Below the pieces are notes generated by a model. It saw nothing but the letters and a program-made list of their open reading frames with translations. It did not search any database and was not told where the DNA came from. Below, piece after piece: positions 39,887-49,690 of a stretch of 64,000 nucleotides of DNA. The translations under genes were made by a program, and so were the position numbers. Numbering within the stretch: position 1 is the stretch's first letter; the number at the start of each line of letters is the position of its first letter. The DNA comes from Nitrospirales bacterium (GTDB lineage: Bacteria; Nitrospirota; Nitrospiria; Nitrospirales; UBA8639): assembly GCA_965223295.1 (NCBI GenBank), contig CBDCWC010000002.1:800001-864000 (forward strand), given 5' to 3'.

Positions 39887-40831
39887 TCAACTCAACCATT
39901 CTGTCACTGAATTCCACCAGCCCTCAATTTGTTCTTTTAAGCTGTTGGAATCCTTATTTTTTTCTTGCTTAGACTCAATTGTGCTGGCCAGCTCCTGAAT
40001 TTCTCCCCGCACGACTTTTACTTTCTCTCCTCGTGATTCCCCGACATTCTTTTCATACTCCTCCAAGGCCTCTGATGCTTCCTCGAGCGCGGCACGCGCC
40101 TCTTTCAGTTCATTATGGGCAGCCATCCCTTGAGCAAGCAGTAAATTTCTCCGTGCTTCCTCTAACGGAAGATCTATTTCAGCATAGTTGAGTACAACAC
40201 CCGTCTGAATAGCAGCAAGCACCTCATTAGCTTTCTCTACCTGATCAGCATTCAAAGCTTTTTTTGCGTGTTCCAACCCGAGCTTTGCTAAAGCAATGTT
40301 CAACTCGGCACGCGTATATCGCAATCGAACATCTTGTATGACCGGAACAGTTGATTCGACTTTCTTCGCTTGTTCTCTTTTCGCCACAAGCACCGCCCCG
40401 AGGGCAGAGACTTCATCCAACTCTTCATACACCGGCACAAACAACTGTCGATGCTTTCGAACATCTTCGTATGTGAGACCTCCAGACTTTATTATTGCTT
40501 TCACCTCATAATCCGGTGAGCTCTCCTCAATAATGCGAACCAGGATTGATCCCTTCTCGATGTGAGACACTGCCTTTTCCTTGTTATTGTTCTTAATAGC
40601 TTTTCGTGCATCATCTACGTGAAGAAGTATGCGACCTGCCGCACGAGACAGACTGGCATTTTCCGATGCCGTCAACTCCTGCTTAGGCTCGACCGTGACC
40701 TTGGATTCAATGCGTGGCTTTGCGGCCAGCACCTGGGAGGCGAACAATCCCGCTATTAAACAAACCAATATTGATGAGAACACTGAGTTTTTAAATCTTG
40801 GACAACAATACTTCATAATTTTCTCCTTCAT
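39887..40831 (-). CDS. Exported all-helical protein, YfdX-like
   Basis: Signal peptide; HVDDARKAI, LEHAKKAL......A...L, DLPL..AR.NL.LA......A..AL..A..AL..Y. Confidence 0.55.
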   Translation of the reverse strand: MKEKIMKYCCPRFKNSVFSSILVCLIAGLFASQVLAAKPRIESKVTVEPKQELTASENASLSRAAGRILLHVDDARKAIKNNNKEKAVSHIEKGSILVRIIEESSPDYEVKAIIKSGGLTYEDVRKHRQLFVPVYEELDEVSALGAVLVAKREQAKKVESTVPVIQDVRLRYTRAELNIALAKLGLEHAKKALNADQVEKANEVLAAIQTGVVLNYAEIDLPLEEARRNLLLAQGMAAHNELKEARAALEEASEALEEYEKNVGESRGEKVKVVRGEIQELASTIESKQEKNKDSNSLKEQIEGWWNSVTEWLS

Positions 40832-40855
40832 TACTGATTGTCATTCACAATTGTT

Positions 40856-42367
40856 TTACATCGGGCCATCCGGCAACACATCTTTTAACCCAATGTATTT
40901 CCTTATTCTAAGCATGCTCTCGACTTGTTTAGCGCCTCCTTCTCTGGCATTTTCAATAGCCATTTCATACTCTAAATAGCTATCAACAACACCGGAAAGG
41001 GTCGCCACCCCTTGCTTGACCGAGACCTCCACTTCATCACTGTCCACATAAGGGCTCCACCATAATTCATTTTCAATGTCTCGTTTAATAATAGAATCTG
41101 GTCTCCATGTCCAACTGTCTTTAACGATTAAATTATTTTTGATCTCTACGACTCCTGTAACACCTGCGGCTGACTCCTCAGCTTGTTTTTTTTGAAACTC
41201 AGATTCTACCTCACCATGAAGAATGGCTCTGCCAAGGAGGACAAATACACCTATATTGAGACTATTGACGAAAGGATTATCATGTAAAGCTAATTTGACC
41301 TTTCGGCTCAGTTTCTCATCGCTCATCTCTCCTTCCGGCCTCACTTTCAAGAAATTCTTTACCCATTGAACCCCTCTTGTGTATTTCGCTGCATCTTCAG
41401 CCGCCCTTTTTGCTTTGAGATTACTCACGAGGCCTGTCAAGGTCACGATTCCTTGACGAACGGATATCGTCGGATTAAAAGCCGAAACCCGTGGGTCGTA
41501 TAAGAAGGCCAGCTCCAACGTTTCCTTAATTTCCTCATCACTCCGAAAACCAGTCTCCCTTTTTCGTTGCATGTTTCCTTGTGCCCACGCCTTGACAAAC
41601 AAGAGACTCTCATCTATTTCTTTCACTCCAGCAATACCTGCATCGCGTACCACACGACGCTTTTCAGCCACGCTACCCACCACTCCATCCAATGTGACCA
41701 CACCATCTTTCACAGCTAGAAATACGGACTCTTCATTAACCCAGACATCAGCCTTTAAACGTTTTTGAATTTCTTCAAGAAGAACAGAATCAGAACGGGT
41801 CTCCTTGAGTTCTGTGACCAGGGTGTTTTCAACATCACGCACTCCCCGTACCCCAGAGACCACCCATGCTACCAGTTCCTTCGCTGCCAAAGAGGGAACA
41901 GTCCCCGACAATGTCACGACCCCATCTTGTAATGTTGCAGTAATATCATAAGCATCCGTAACAGGATCCTCTTGTAAGACGCGTCGCATATCTTGCAAAA
42001 TATCTTCATCCGACCGTTGAGAGATCTTCACAGTCAGTCCGTTTATCACACTTTCCACTCCTTTAACCGTTTCAACGAGTTGTGCCGCCCGTTCTTTTGC
42101 CCGATAATGCGGAACATTTCCAACCAGGGTCACGATACCTTGATGGGTGTGGACATCAATTAAGTGGGAGGGAACGCTCTTATCTATAGACAAGGCACTT
42201 TCAGCAGCTTCTGTAATGACTTGATCTGGAAGCATCGCCCTGGACTCCCCTGCTAGTACACTACCCTTACTCAGCAACAAAAATCCGAAAAATAACAGGA
42301 GGCTCATACAATATCGTAGCCGGTGTTGTGCGAACGTACCACTCGAAACTGAATCATTTGCTTTCAT
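40856..42367 (-). CDS. Multi-BON-domain (about 6 repeats) periplasmic protein
   Basis: Repeated SD..I...V...L..D......I.V.V..GVVTL.G.V......A......V.GV..V.N.L; ATG 42367 after AGAGGAG. Confidence 0.9.
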   Translation of the reverse strand: MKANDSVSSGTFAQHRLRYCMSLLLFFGFLLLSKGSVLAGESRAMLPDQVITEAAESALSIDKSVPSHLIDVHTHQGIVTLVGNVPHYRAKERAAQLVETVKGVESVINGLTVKISQRSDEDILQDMRRVLQEDPVTDAYDITATLQDGVVTLSGTVPSLAAKELVAWVVSGVRGVRDVENTLVTELKETRSDSVLLEEIQKRLKADVWVNEESVFLAVKDGVVTLDGVVGSVAEKRRVVRDAGIAGVKEIDESLLFVKAWAQGNMQRKRETGFRSDEEIKETLELAFLYDPRVSAFNPTISVRQGIVTLTGLVSNLKAKRAAEDAAKYTRGVQWVKNFLKVRPEGEMSDEKLSRKVKLALHDNPFVNSLNIGVFVLLGRAILHGEVESEFQKKQAEESAAGVTGVVEIKNNLIVKDSWTWRPDSIIKRDIENELWWSPYVDSDEVEVSVKQGVATLSGVVDSYLEYEMAIENAREGGAKQVESMLRIRKYIGLKDVLPDGPM

Positions 42368-42500
42368 AACACTCCTCTTCAATGATTTTTCCGGTTATGG
42401 GTCTAAGCAATGTCAACAAAAATTTTTCTAATATCGGAAACTGCCTAGTTTAATCACCGACCACCTAAGTCAAATTAGCCTCTTATTTCTAAACTTGCAC

Positions 42501-42536
42501 TAGACAAAAACAGAAATCGATGACATCTTTTGTCCA
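42501..42536 (-). promoter_or_regulatory. Island operator GACA-N24-TGTC (upstream of multi-BON operon)
   Basis: TAGACAAAAA...CTTTTGTCCA; TAATTT on minus strand at 42472-42477, 25 bp away. Confidence 0.75.
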
Positions 42537-42620
42537 GCAAGAAAGGCCTATCCTTCCTTACTACCATCTATTATCAGTTCCCTTGTCGCGGCCTTTCAGA
42601 ACCTTGTTAGAGTATCTATT

Positions 42621-43142
42621 TTACAATCTTAAGTTCCGCTTTATTTGTTCAACAAGCGAGTTCGGTGATGACATAAGATCAAGAGTCAACGCATCTTCAG
42701 GTTCATCCAGCACACTGAGCTGAGATGTCAGAAGGTCTTCTGACATAAAATGCGCATCCCTCTGCAACATGCGAGACCGAATCAAAGACTCGCTCCCCTT
42801 CAAGTGCACAAATACGACGTGAGAGTTACTCTCCGTCAGATAGTCACGGTATGCTTGTTTAAGCGCAGAACATGAAATGACTGCACACTGTGATCTGTTG
42901 ATAAGGCTCTGGATTAATCGCTTTAGCTTTGCAAGCCAGGGCTTGCGGTCTTCATCGTTCAACGGTATTCCATGGCCCATCTGGTTGATGTTGGCTTGAG
43001 AATGGAAATCATCTCCTTCATAAAATGGCCAACCAAGACTTCTGGCCAAGAGGCTGCCGATGGTGGTCTTTCCTGCTCCTGAGACGCCCATTACAATAAT
43101 GATCTGAATACGCGGACTAATAATCTGACAAAATGCTTCCAT
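42621..43142 (-). CDS. gntK: Gluconokinase
   Basis: MGVSGAGKTTIG, EGDDFH..ANI..M..G.PL.DEDR.PWL, SCSALK..YRD, HFM...LL.SQ. Confidence 0.92.
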   Translation of the reverse strand: MEAFCQIISPRIQIIIVMGVSGAGKTTIGSLLARSLGWPFYEGDDFHSQANINQMGHGIPLNDEDRKPWLAKLKRLIQSLINRSQCAVISCSALKQAYRDYLTESNSHVVFVHLKGSESLIRSRMLQRDAHFMSEDLLTSQLSVLDEPEDALTLDLMSSPNSLVEQIKRNLRL

Positions 43143-43336
43143 GTCAAGAATAGAATGGGCAGTGATATTCCTGTTTCATACGCATACAGTTGATGATAGG
43201 CCTATGACGATACAAGCAATAAGCAACTTATGCCTCTGTAGGTTTATCACTGAATTCATACGGAATAATTTACTTTGAAGAATTTGGTGAAAGTTCTAAG
43301 CTATACCGTCAGACATAAAAGGCATCAATACCCTTA

Positions 43337-43744
43337 TTATCGAGGAAATACCGGGGCATCCTCTTCTGGATTAGTCGGAAGATTTTTAGGATTCACTGCC
43401 ATCTCCGGATCGGTAACTGGAGGAGTAATTCTTATCTCTGGATCAACGACCGGAGGAGAAATCACCGCAGGATGGTCTGTGATACTTTCAAGCAATCCTT
43501 GAGCTTCAGGGTCATTTGGTGAAGGCTGCATGGTTGGTGATTTCTGCTCTCCGCTAGGGTTTTTCTCTTCTGCCTCTTCACCCATTGCAGCACTTGCGAC
43601 AAAAGCCTGTTCAGTTGAAGTACTGCTCTGGTTTGCTGAATTAGCAACGACTGGACCTGTCATCAGAAAAAGTAGTGTAATCGGAAAAATGAATTTCATG
43701 ATTTTCTCCTTATGGTTCGGGTTACCAAGACAAAAAGAATGCAT
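43337..43744 (-). CDS. Exported Pro-rich hypothetical protein (likely start MKFIFP)
   Basis: Signal peptide; repeats PPVVDPEI / PPVTDPEM. Confidence 0.6.
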   Translation of the reverse strand: MHSFCLGNPNHKEKIMKFIFPITLLFLMTGPVVANSANQSSTSTEQAFVASAAMGEEAEEKNPSGEQKSPTMQPSPNDPEAQGLLESITDHPAVISPPVVDPEIRITPPVTDPEMAVNPKNLPTNPEEDAPVFPR

Positions 43745-43864
43745 TAACGCATCTGTTTAACAGCATCGTGTTTTCCAAACTTCGAGCAATGGATTTTCCA
43801 GCCCCCCCTTAGGACTCGTTTTTTTTCCTTTAACCTGAGCATACGGACACATGTTGTTCAATCA

Positions 43865-44665
43865 CTATAATTGCGGAAGGCGATACGATACCCCTGCTGC
43901 AACAAACCAATCGGTGGCTGCATCTGTGAGGGCTGGGCCACCAGATACATCCAACTGTACAGTCGGCAGCACAAGATACGTAAAGCCCGCATCAAATCCA
44001 TGGGTAGCTGGACCATTCATATTTCCAAAAACTTCCGCAAATGTTGATAACTTTTCAGTCATTGCTAAGCCTAATGCCGTGGTATAGAGCCCAATAATAT
44101 CATTCAGCCCATCTTTCCACGCCGCCCCAAGATTCACTTCTATACTCACATGTTCTGAGAGTGCATAATTGGCTGCGACTTTAAAATCGGGCGTGAGATC
44201 GTCTGGATGTAGCCTTTTGCTTCCAAATGGAAAGGTAAGATTCCCAAAAACCGCGGTCTGAGGCATCCATTGGTCCTCGTTAGTCAACTGAAATTTGGTC
44301 CCGATGATTGGGGCACTCACTCCTTGATCCCGGTCGTCCTGATTGCCCGAACTCGTCTTCTCATACACATATTCTCCTCCCAACAGTCTCAACTCCATCG
44401 CATCAAGAACGCCAATTCTGATCAACGTATTGGGCACCGAAACCGTCGTGATTCGCTCAAGGGGTGCGCGTGTCCTATCATGATTAACGGTAACGCCACC
44501 TTCAAGCTGAATATAGCCTGGTGGAACAAGATAGGCTGTGTCACCGACACCAGGCCGATCAGTCGTAAAAGCTAGCTCGTGAGATTCTTGGGCAGTAATC
44601 TGTGCGGTACTAATAAATGTGAAGAGACCTACAGAAACCATGATATATCGCAAAGGGAACGGCAA
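43865..44665 (-). CDS. Outer-membrane 'transporter' family protein (Phenol_MetA_deg-like)
   Basis: TDRPG......VPPG..QLE.G, P..L.RIG....ELRL, QLD.SGG..L......FV..G.SYR. Confidence 0.7.
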   Translation of the reverse strand: MPFPLRYIMVSVGLFTFISTAQITAQESHELAFTTDRPGVGDTAYLVPPGYIQLEGGVTVNHDRTRAPLERITTVSVPNTLIRIGVLDAMELRLLGGEYVYEKTSSGNQDDRDQGVSAPIIGTKFQLTNEDQWMPQTAVFGNLTFPFGSKRLHPDDLTPDFKVAANYALSEHVSIEVNLGAAWKDGLNDIIGLYTTALGLAMTEKLSTFAEVFGNMNGPATHGFDAGFTYLVLPTVQLDVSGGPALTDAATDWFVAAGVSYRLPQL

Positions 44666-44728
44666 GACTTTTCCCCTTATTTAGATGATTGATCGATTTC
44701 ATAACACCTTTCGATTCTCTGAAACCTC

Positions 44729-45247
44729 CTATTGACCAGGCCACGGCAAAATCGGAATCGTCGAAATCGAATTTTTGGGCGAACCTTCAACGACTTTATC
44801 GCTATACACGAGGTAAATGAGTGTATTGCGTTTCTTGTCGAAAAATCTCACCACTTGCAATTTTTTAAAAATCAATGATCGACTTTCCCTGAATACCTGC
44901 TCCCCTTCTTCCAGCTCATTCTTTATACGAACAGGTCCGACTTGACGACAAGCAATAGAGGCATCCGAACTGTCTTCGGCCACCCCAATCATGCCTTTTA
45001 ATCCGCCTGTTTTTGATCGACTGAGGTGACATGTTACGCCTTCTATCTTCGGGTCATCGAAGGCTTCGATCACGATTTTATGATCAGGTCCAAGGAAATT
45101 GAACTTCGTGTCCACGCTTCCTATTTCCTCACTATGACTTATGGACACCATTAGTACAAACACGAACAATACATTGACCATGCATTTCATGCTCATTGAA
45201 ATCCTTCTATAATGGTGGATACCCACAACTATTAAAGATTGGACCAT
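44729..45247 (-). CDS. creA: CreA family protein; true start probably downstream
   Basis: [40 protein letters not shown]...[15 protein letters not shown]...GSPKNSIS. Confidence 0.92.
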   Translation of the reverse strand: MVQSLIVVGIHHYRRISMSMKCMVNVLFVFVLMVSISHSEEIGSVDTKFNFLGPDHKIVIEAFDDPKIEGVTCHLSRSKTGGLKGMIGVAEDSSDASIACRQVGPVRIKNELEEGEQVFRESRSLIFKKLQVVRFFDKKRNTLIYLVYSDKVVEGSPKNSISTIPILPWPGQ

Positions 45248-45365
45248 AACAATGTATCAGGAGATCCCCTAGTTTGAACTAGACAAATTCTGAATCCCCT
45301 TGACAAAAAATACAATGTTATATCTTTTACAGATGATAAAACACTCTTGAATTTGCTCAGGTCAA

Positions 45366-45575
45366 TTAAGAAGTTAATGAAATAGCTTCTCCTATGTCCT
45401 TGACCTGAGGCACAGGTGGTACAGGTTGAGGAGGATGAGGTACTGGTTGAGGAGTAGGATTGGGCACTGGAGGACCGGGATCCGGAAAAGGAGGCGGGGT
45501 TGGATCAGGTAATGGTGATAGACGGTTTGGCCGTGATTCAGATTTAGTATGATAAAATTGGTGGTATATTTTCAT
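45366..45575 (-). CDS. Small proline-rich hypothetical protein
   Basis: GGAGGAAAGG RBS; PDPTPPPFPDPGPPVPNPTPQPVP repeats. Confidence 0.45.
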   Translation of the reverse strand: MKIYHQFYHTKSESRPNRLSPLPDPTPPPFPDPGPPVPNPTPQPVPHPPQPVPPVPQVKDIGEAISLTS

Positions 45576-45607
45576 GCCTTTCCTCCATCGACATTTAAGT
45601 TAATCTA

Positions 45608-46213
45608 TTATGCTTCTCCTCGTGCTGGGTAGTTGTTCTCAGAAACCCAATCCACTGCAGACAGAAGATCCTTGAAGCTTGGCCTAGCAAAAGGCATACT
45701 ATTGATGGCAGCATAGTAGAGTTCCCTAGTAGGCTGAATAAGAAACACTCCGGGTTCACCAAACTGTGTTGGCTCAGATACAGTAATGCTATTTGATACA
45801 TAGAGGCCCCACTCACGCATTGAATCAATACTTTGACCATATCCAATAGTGAGTACGTTGAGTCCCCATTCATTCATAGATGTTTGTGCGCGTTCACTGG
45901 CATCACCGCTCACGACGATGACCTCTATTCCGCGCTGCCAAAAATCCTTTATATAGCGTTCAAGATCTTTAAGATAGGTCTTGCAAATTGGGCAATGTAG
46001 GCCGCGATAGAATACGATTATCGTAAACAATTGGGGGCTTTGCATAGACAACGTCCATGCACCACTAGGGAGAGTTTCTACTTTTAAGTCAGGTGTTTTT
46101 TTCGCGGCATTAAATGAAACATGGTTTATTCCTTTGATAACCAAATTCACCCTTACAGTGTTGGAATCTTTAACAAATGGTCTGCGCAATAATGGGAACA
46201 CCATACAAAGCAT
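45608..46213 (-). CDS. Peroxiredoxin-like AhpC/TSA family redoxin; start uncertain
   Basis: FYRGLHCPICKTYL, WGLYVS, EP..F.EPG.FL..P...LY......MPFARP. Confidence 0.85.
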   Translation of the reverse strand: MLCMVFPLLRRPFVKDSNTVRVNLVIKGINHVSFNAAKKTPDLKVETLPSGAWTLSMQSPQLFTIIVFYRGLHCPICKTYLKDLERYIKDFWQRGIEVIVVSGDASERAQTSMNEWGLNVLTIGYGQSIDSMREWGLYVSNSITVSEPTQFGEPGVFLIQPTRELYYAAINSMPFARPSFKDLLSAVDWVSENNYPARGEA

Positions 46214-46334
46214 GATGAAACACCCGCCAGCGATTCCAGATCTTTGTTGTCGGGCAAACTACACAATAGAAGATGAGGAAAAGTCACGAATCAGGCCATG
46301 AATCTAGTAGTCGACTAGTAGCCATATAGGTGTT

Positions 46335-46982
46335 TTAAAAATGTAAATTAATCCCAATTGTAACCATATGGCTTTTATCACTAAATTGATCTCCGAAGGT
46401 TCGTTCTTTGCTTCCTCCTGCCCGATCATCGAATAAAATATAACGATACGATCCATCGACGGAAAGATCATCCGTTACCATGAGTTGTATTCCACCACCT
46501 ACGTGCGGGGCAAAACGTTTATCAGTATCATCATCGGCATTCTCTCGAGCGATATGAGAGTAGTACCAACCTCCACCTCCCAGTATAAATGGGCTTAAGC
46601 GTTTTCCGGGCAAAAGATACAAAAGCCCAGAAACTTGAACAGGGAAATAGTCTTCACGGGACGATGAAGCAAAGTCGGTAGTCCTGTAATCCGTCGAACC
46701 CTCAACTGCAAACACGGGTAGGAGATGAACACGCACTTGTGCCCCACCAAACCAATTTCCATCAACACCTTTGGGATCAAAATACGTTGCTCGGCCACCA
46801 ATGGAAAGAAAACCTTTGTCCACATCATCGAAAATCTGTGCCAAGGCTGGCTGAGTCATCAAAAATAAAACAGCCATAAGGATCAAACATAGGAAACCCT
46901 TGATTGAACCTATTGAATACTTCATTAGTGTGGCTGGCAACTGTCTATTTATTTGGTTTTTCATGTATGAATATATCTTCAT
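46335..46982 (-). CDS. Outer-membrane beta-barrel protein (OmpA-like 8-stranded)
   Basis: Signal peptide; SPFILGGGGWY, HVGGG.Q......VDGSYRY, C-terminal INLHF. Confidence 0.82.
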   Translation of the reverse strand: MKIYSYMKNQINRQLPATLMKYSIGSIKGFLCLILMAVLFLMTQPALAQIFDDVDKGFLSIGGRATYFDPKGVDGNWFGGAQVRVHLLPVFAVEGSTDYRTTDFASSSREDYFPVQVSGLLYLLPGKRLSPFILGGGGWYYSHIARENADDDTDKRFAPHVGGGIQLMVTDDLSVDGSYRYILFDDRAGGSKERTFGDQFSDKSHMVTIGINLHF

Positions 46983-47249
46983 GCAATAACCCTATTGTAT
47001 GTATATCTGTAAAAAAATATGAGGCATAGGCATCTGCTTATTAAGAATGTTGCATATCACTTCTAACATCCATGCTATGGCAATTCATTTTTCATATGAT
47101 TGCAGGGCTGCCTTCTTGCTGCAAGATTATCTTCAACAACTGACTATGAGTTTATTTGAAAGTTAGGATGGGGGCTCTCCCCTGACCCTCTTCATTAGAC
47201 AAGAGAGCCAGGAAGACCCTTTAACCATTTGTTTGAGTAAATCAATAGA

Positions 47250-47597
47250 TTAGTGTTGCCCTTTTTGGCTTCCACTCTGATGCGATTGAGTTTTACTTTC
47301 AGCCGCAATGTCTTTTTTATTCTTAAGCTTTTCAGGATCAGTTGGATTTTTTTTCGCTTCAACTTCATCCATTTTCGTCAATTGATCGGACCGATTTCCA
47401 GGACCACTTCCACCTGGAAGAGATTTTTCTCCTGATGGAGCACTACGTTGAATGTTCTCCGGCACGTTTTCGGATGCCTTTTCCGCAGCCTTCTGACCTT
47501 CACCGGCAAACACTAAAGAAGTTTGAAACATTGTTCCTGTACCAGCCATCAAGCCGAATACAGATGCGACAATAATCGCAGTTTTCATTTTACCCAT
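47250..47597 (-). CDS. Exported hydrophilic low-complexity protein
   Basis: ATG 47597 after GAGGAGG; signal peptide; paralog of the pseudogene at 35003. Confidence 0.7.
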   Translation of the reverse strand: MGKMKTAIIVASVFGLMAGTGTMFQTSLVFAGEGQKAAEKASENVPENIQRSAPSGEKSLPGGSGPGNRSDQLTKMDEVEAKKNPTDPEKLKNKKDIAAESKTQSHQSGSQKGQH

Positions 47598-47700
47598 GAG
47601 AACCTCCTCGTTATTGAACGTTGACATTAAGGCTTCTCGATTGAAAGCCTTACGAATGAATGTTGTTAAACTTATATCCATTCTCAACGGCTGGCCACAA

Positions 47701-47736
47701 TGGACAAAAACCATTATAGAGCTTATGAAATGTCCA
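47701..47736 (-). promoter_or_regulatory. Island operator GACA-N24-TGTC (upstream of 47597 gene)
   Basis: TGGACAAAAA...GAAATGTCCA (perfect TGGACA/TGTCCA arms). Confidence 0.78.
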
Positions 47737-47833
47737 CTATTTAATGAAAGGACTTAACCTAGAGAGTAATTTAGACAATCTAGAGGATTGGACTTAGCTG
47801 AAAGGTTTACGCAGTCCAGAAAAAGTGGGACTT

Positions 47834-48238
47834 TTAGAGACATTCCAAACAGGTGCGCGAAGAATTGATTAACGCCTTGTTGATTTGAGCAAGAAAATCC
47901 TTTCGAGAGTAAGGTTTTTCCATAACAGCATATGCGCCTAGTTGTAGTGCTTCTTCACAAAATTCTTCAGAAAACAATCCGGTCACCATAATGACAGGAA
48001 TATCACGAAACATCGGGGTTTTCATCAAATTGCCCAGAAGCATGAGCCCATTCATTACTGGCATTTGATAATCTGTCACAATCAAATCGAAACTATAGAT
48101 GTGAAGTAAATCTATAGCCTCCTTGCCATCACCCGCCTCTTTACAGCTAAACCCATGAAATTCAAGAAAATCTCGAAGAATAATGCGAACATCTTGATCA
48201 TCGTCGACTATTAATATTCGTTTTTGAGAAAATTTCAT
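47834..48238 (-). CDS. Single-domain response regulator (receiver only)
   Basis: ILIVDDD, FDLIVTDYQMPVMNG, IMVTG, MEKPY; no output domain. Confidence 0.9.
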   Translation of the reverse strand: MKFSQKRILIVDDDQDVRIILRDFLEFHGFSCKEAGDGKEAIDLLHIYSFDLIVTDYQMPVMNGLMLLGNLMKTPMFRDIPVIMVTGLFSEEFCEEALQLGAYAVMEKPYSRKDFLAQINKALINSSRTCLECL

Positions 48239-48325
48239 ATCTTTTTCCTTTGCTTGACAGTTTCATAAAAATTCTTCCCATCACGTCGTTCTCTTCATTG
48301 TATGGACCTTGAGGGTAGAAGACAG

Positions 48326-48361
48326 TAGACAAGTTACGCTCTCGGCACCCTGAAATGTCTA
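48326..48361 (-). promoter_or_regulatory. Island operator GACA-N24-TGTC (upstream of the receiver gene)
   Basis: TAGACAAGTT...GAAATGTCTA; TACAAT on minus strand at 48297-48302, 25 bp away. Confidence 0.78.
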
Positions 48362-48596
48362 AATAAGAAAAACCTCAATCCACTCATGCATACAATGAAT
48401 GATGTCCCACAAATGTTATTTAAAAAAACTCAGAGGGAACAACTGAAAGGTCGAAAGATCAGTTTAGCTAGGGCAAAAAACTAAGTCTGGTCGGTGAGAA
48501 CAACAGGATCGTATTGACTCAATATGTCAAGCGAGGGAGAAGTGCGATTGGCAGATTTTTTCCATTTGCAAATTCCTAATATTCATGTCTCAGTCT

Positions 48597-48968
48597 TTAA
48601 GTATTTTCTATTCCCAAGTAACTCTTTAACCAATGCCATTCAAATTTTTCAGGGTGCTCTACATAGTCATGAGGATTATCGATCACATGCTGAAGATACG
48701 TATCTTTGAGTTTCCACACCAGCTCAGAATCTTCTTTATTATGAGACACCACATCAAATGTGCCCGCATTTAGGCGAATAGTATAATGATCGATCGGAAT
48801 CGTGGCATCTTCCCTATAGACTTCTATTCCAATAATTTTGTCTCCTAACATTTTTTCACCCAGTTCCAGAATCTGCTTATAAATGAGTGTCTCTCGGTGC
48901 TTGCTAAGAGCAACATTAAAGGTATTAATATATTGCAAGAATAATGTTTTTGTGTCCTCTTGAGTCAC
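48597..48968 (-). CDS. Hypothetical protein, translationally coupled to trkA
   Basis: 4-nt overlap with the trkA stop; 123-aa ORF. Confidence 0.65.
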   Translation of the reverse strand: MTQEDTKTLFLQYINTFNVALSKHRETLIYKQILELGEKMLGDKIIGIEVYREDATIPIDHYTIRLNAGTFDVVSHNKEDSELVWKLKDTYLQHVIDNPHDYVEHPEKFEWHWLKSYLGIENT

Positions 48969-49690
48969 GACTCTACCTCCTCATTCGACGTCGAGCCTTC
49001 GTCTCTCTTTTTCTTTTTTTCTGCAGTAGAATGATCCTTTGCTTGTTTCGGCATCCAACGATCTTTTAATGTCTGTAAGTGTTTGCTATGAGTAAGAATG
49101 ATAACTTCATCTCCTGTTTTCAATGTCGTTTCCTCATTTGCAAAATTAAATCGGTCATCTCGATAATAGCAAATCACACGACTTTCTTCAGGAAGCTCAA
49201 GCTTTGCGATCGTTACAGCATCCTCTTTCTCCACGACAAACGAAAAAAACCTCGCTTCGTCCTTAAGAACTGTGGATAATTCGACCGTATCAAGACCTCG
49301 AACCATATTCTGAAGATGGCGGCTAGTCGTGCGTGCTGGAACGATGGTTTCTTCCAGTCCAAGCTCACGGCAAATCTCCTCAAAATCCGGGTTTTCAATC
49401 GCGGTCACAACACGTGTAAAACCCATTGATCGGCCTACAAGACTCGCGATCAAATTGGCCTGATCATTATCAGCAAGACAAAACAGCATATCGGTCTGTT
49501 CAGGACCAACTTCGAGAAGAATGGCTGGCTTTCCACCGTCACCATGCAAAAAGCTGCAGTCTAATTCCTCTGAGAGTCGATCAATTTTCTCTCGATTGGA
49601 CTCGATAATGATCACCTCATGCTTCTGCTCAATGAGTGCTTTTGCGGTCATCACGGTCACGACACCAGCGCCAACAAAGGCAATTCTCAT
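48965..49690 (-). CDS. trkA: Trk potassium uptake NAD-binding subunit
   Basis: MRIAFVGAG, HEVIIIE, GDGG.PAIL.E.G, DQANL.ASL..RSMG; C-terminal RCK-C. Confidence 0.88.
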   Translation of the reverse strand: MRIAFVGAGVVTVMTAKALIEQKHEVIIIESNREKIDRLSEELDCSFLHGDGGKPAILLEVGPEQTDMLFCLADNDQANLIASLVGRSMGFTRVVTAIENPDFEEICRELGLEETIVPARTTSRHLQNMVRGLDTVELSTVLKDEARFFSFVVEKEDAVTIAKLELPEESRVICYYRDDRFNFANEETTLKTGDEVIILTHSKHLQTLKDRWMPKQAKDHSTAEKKKKRDEGSTSNEEVES

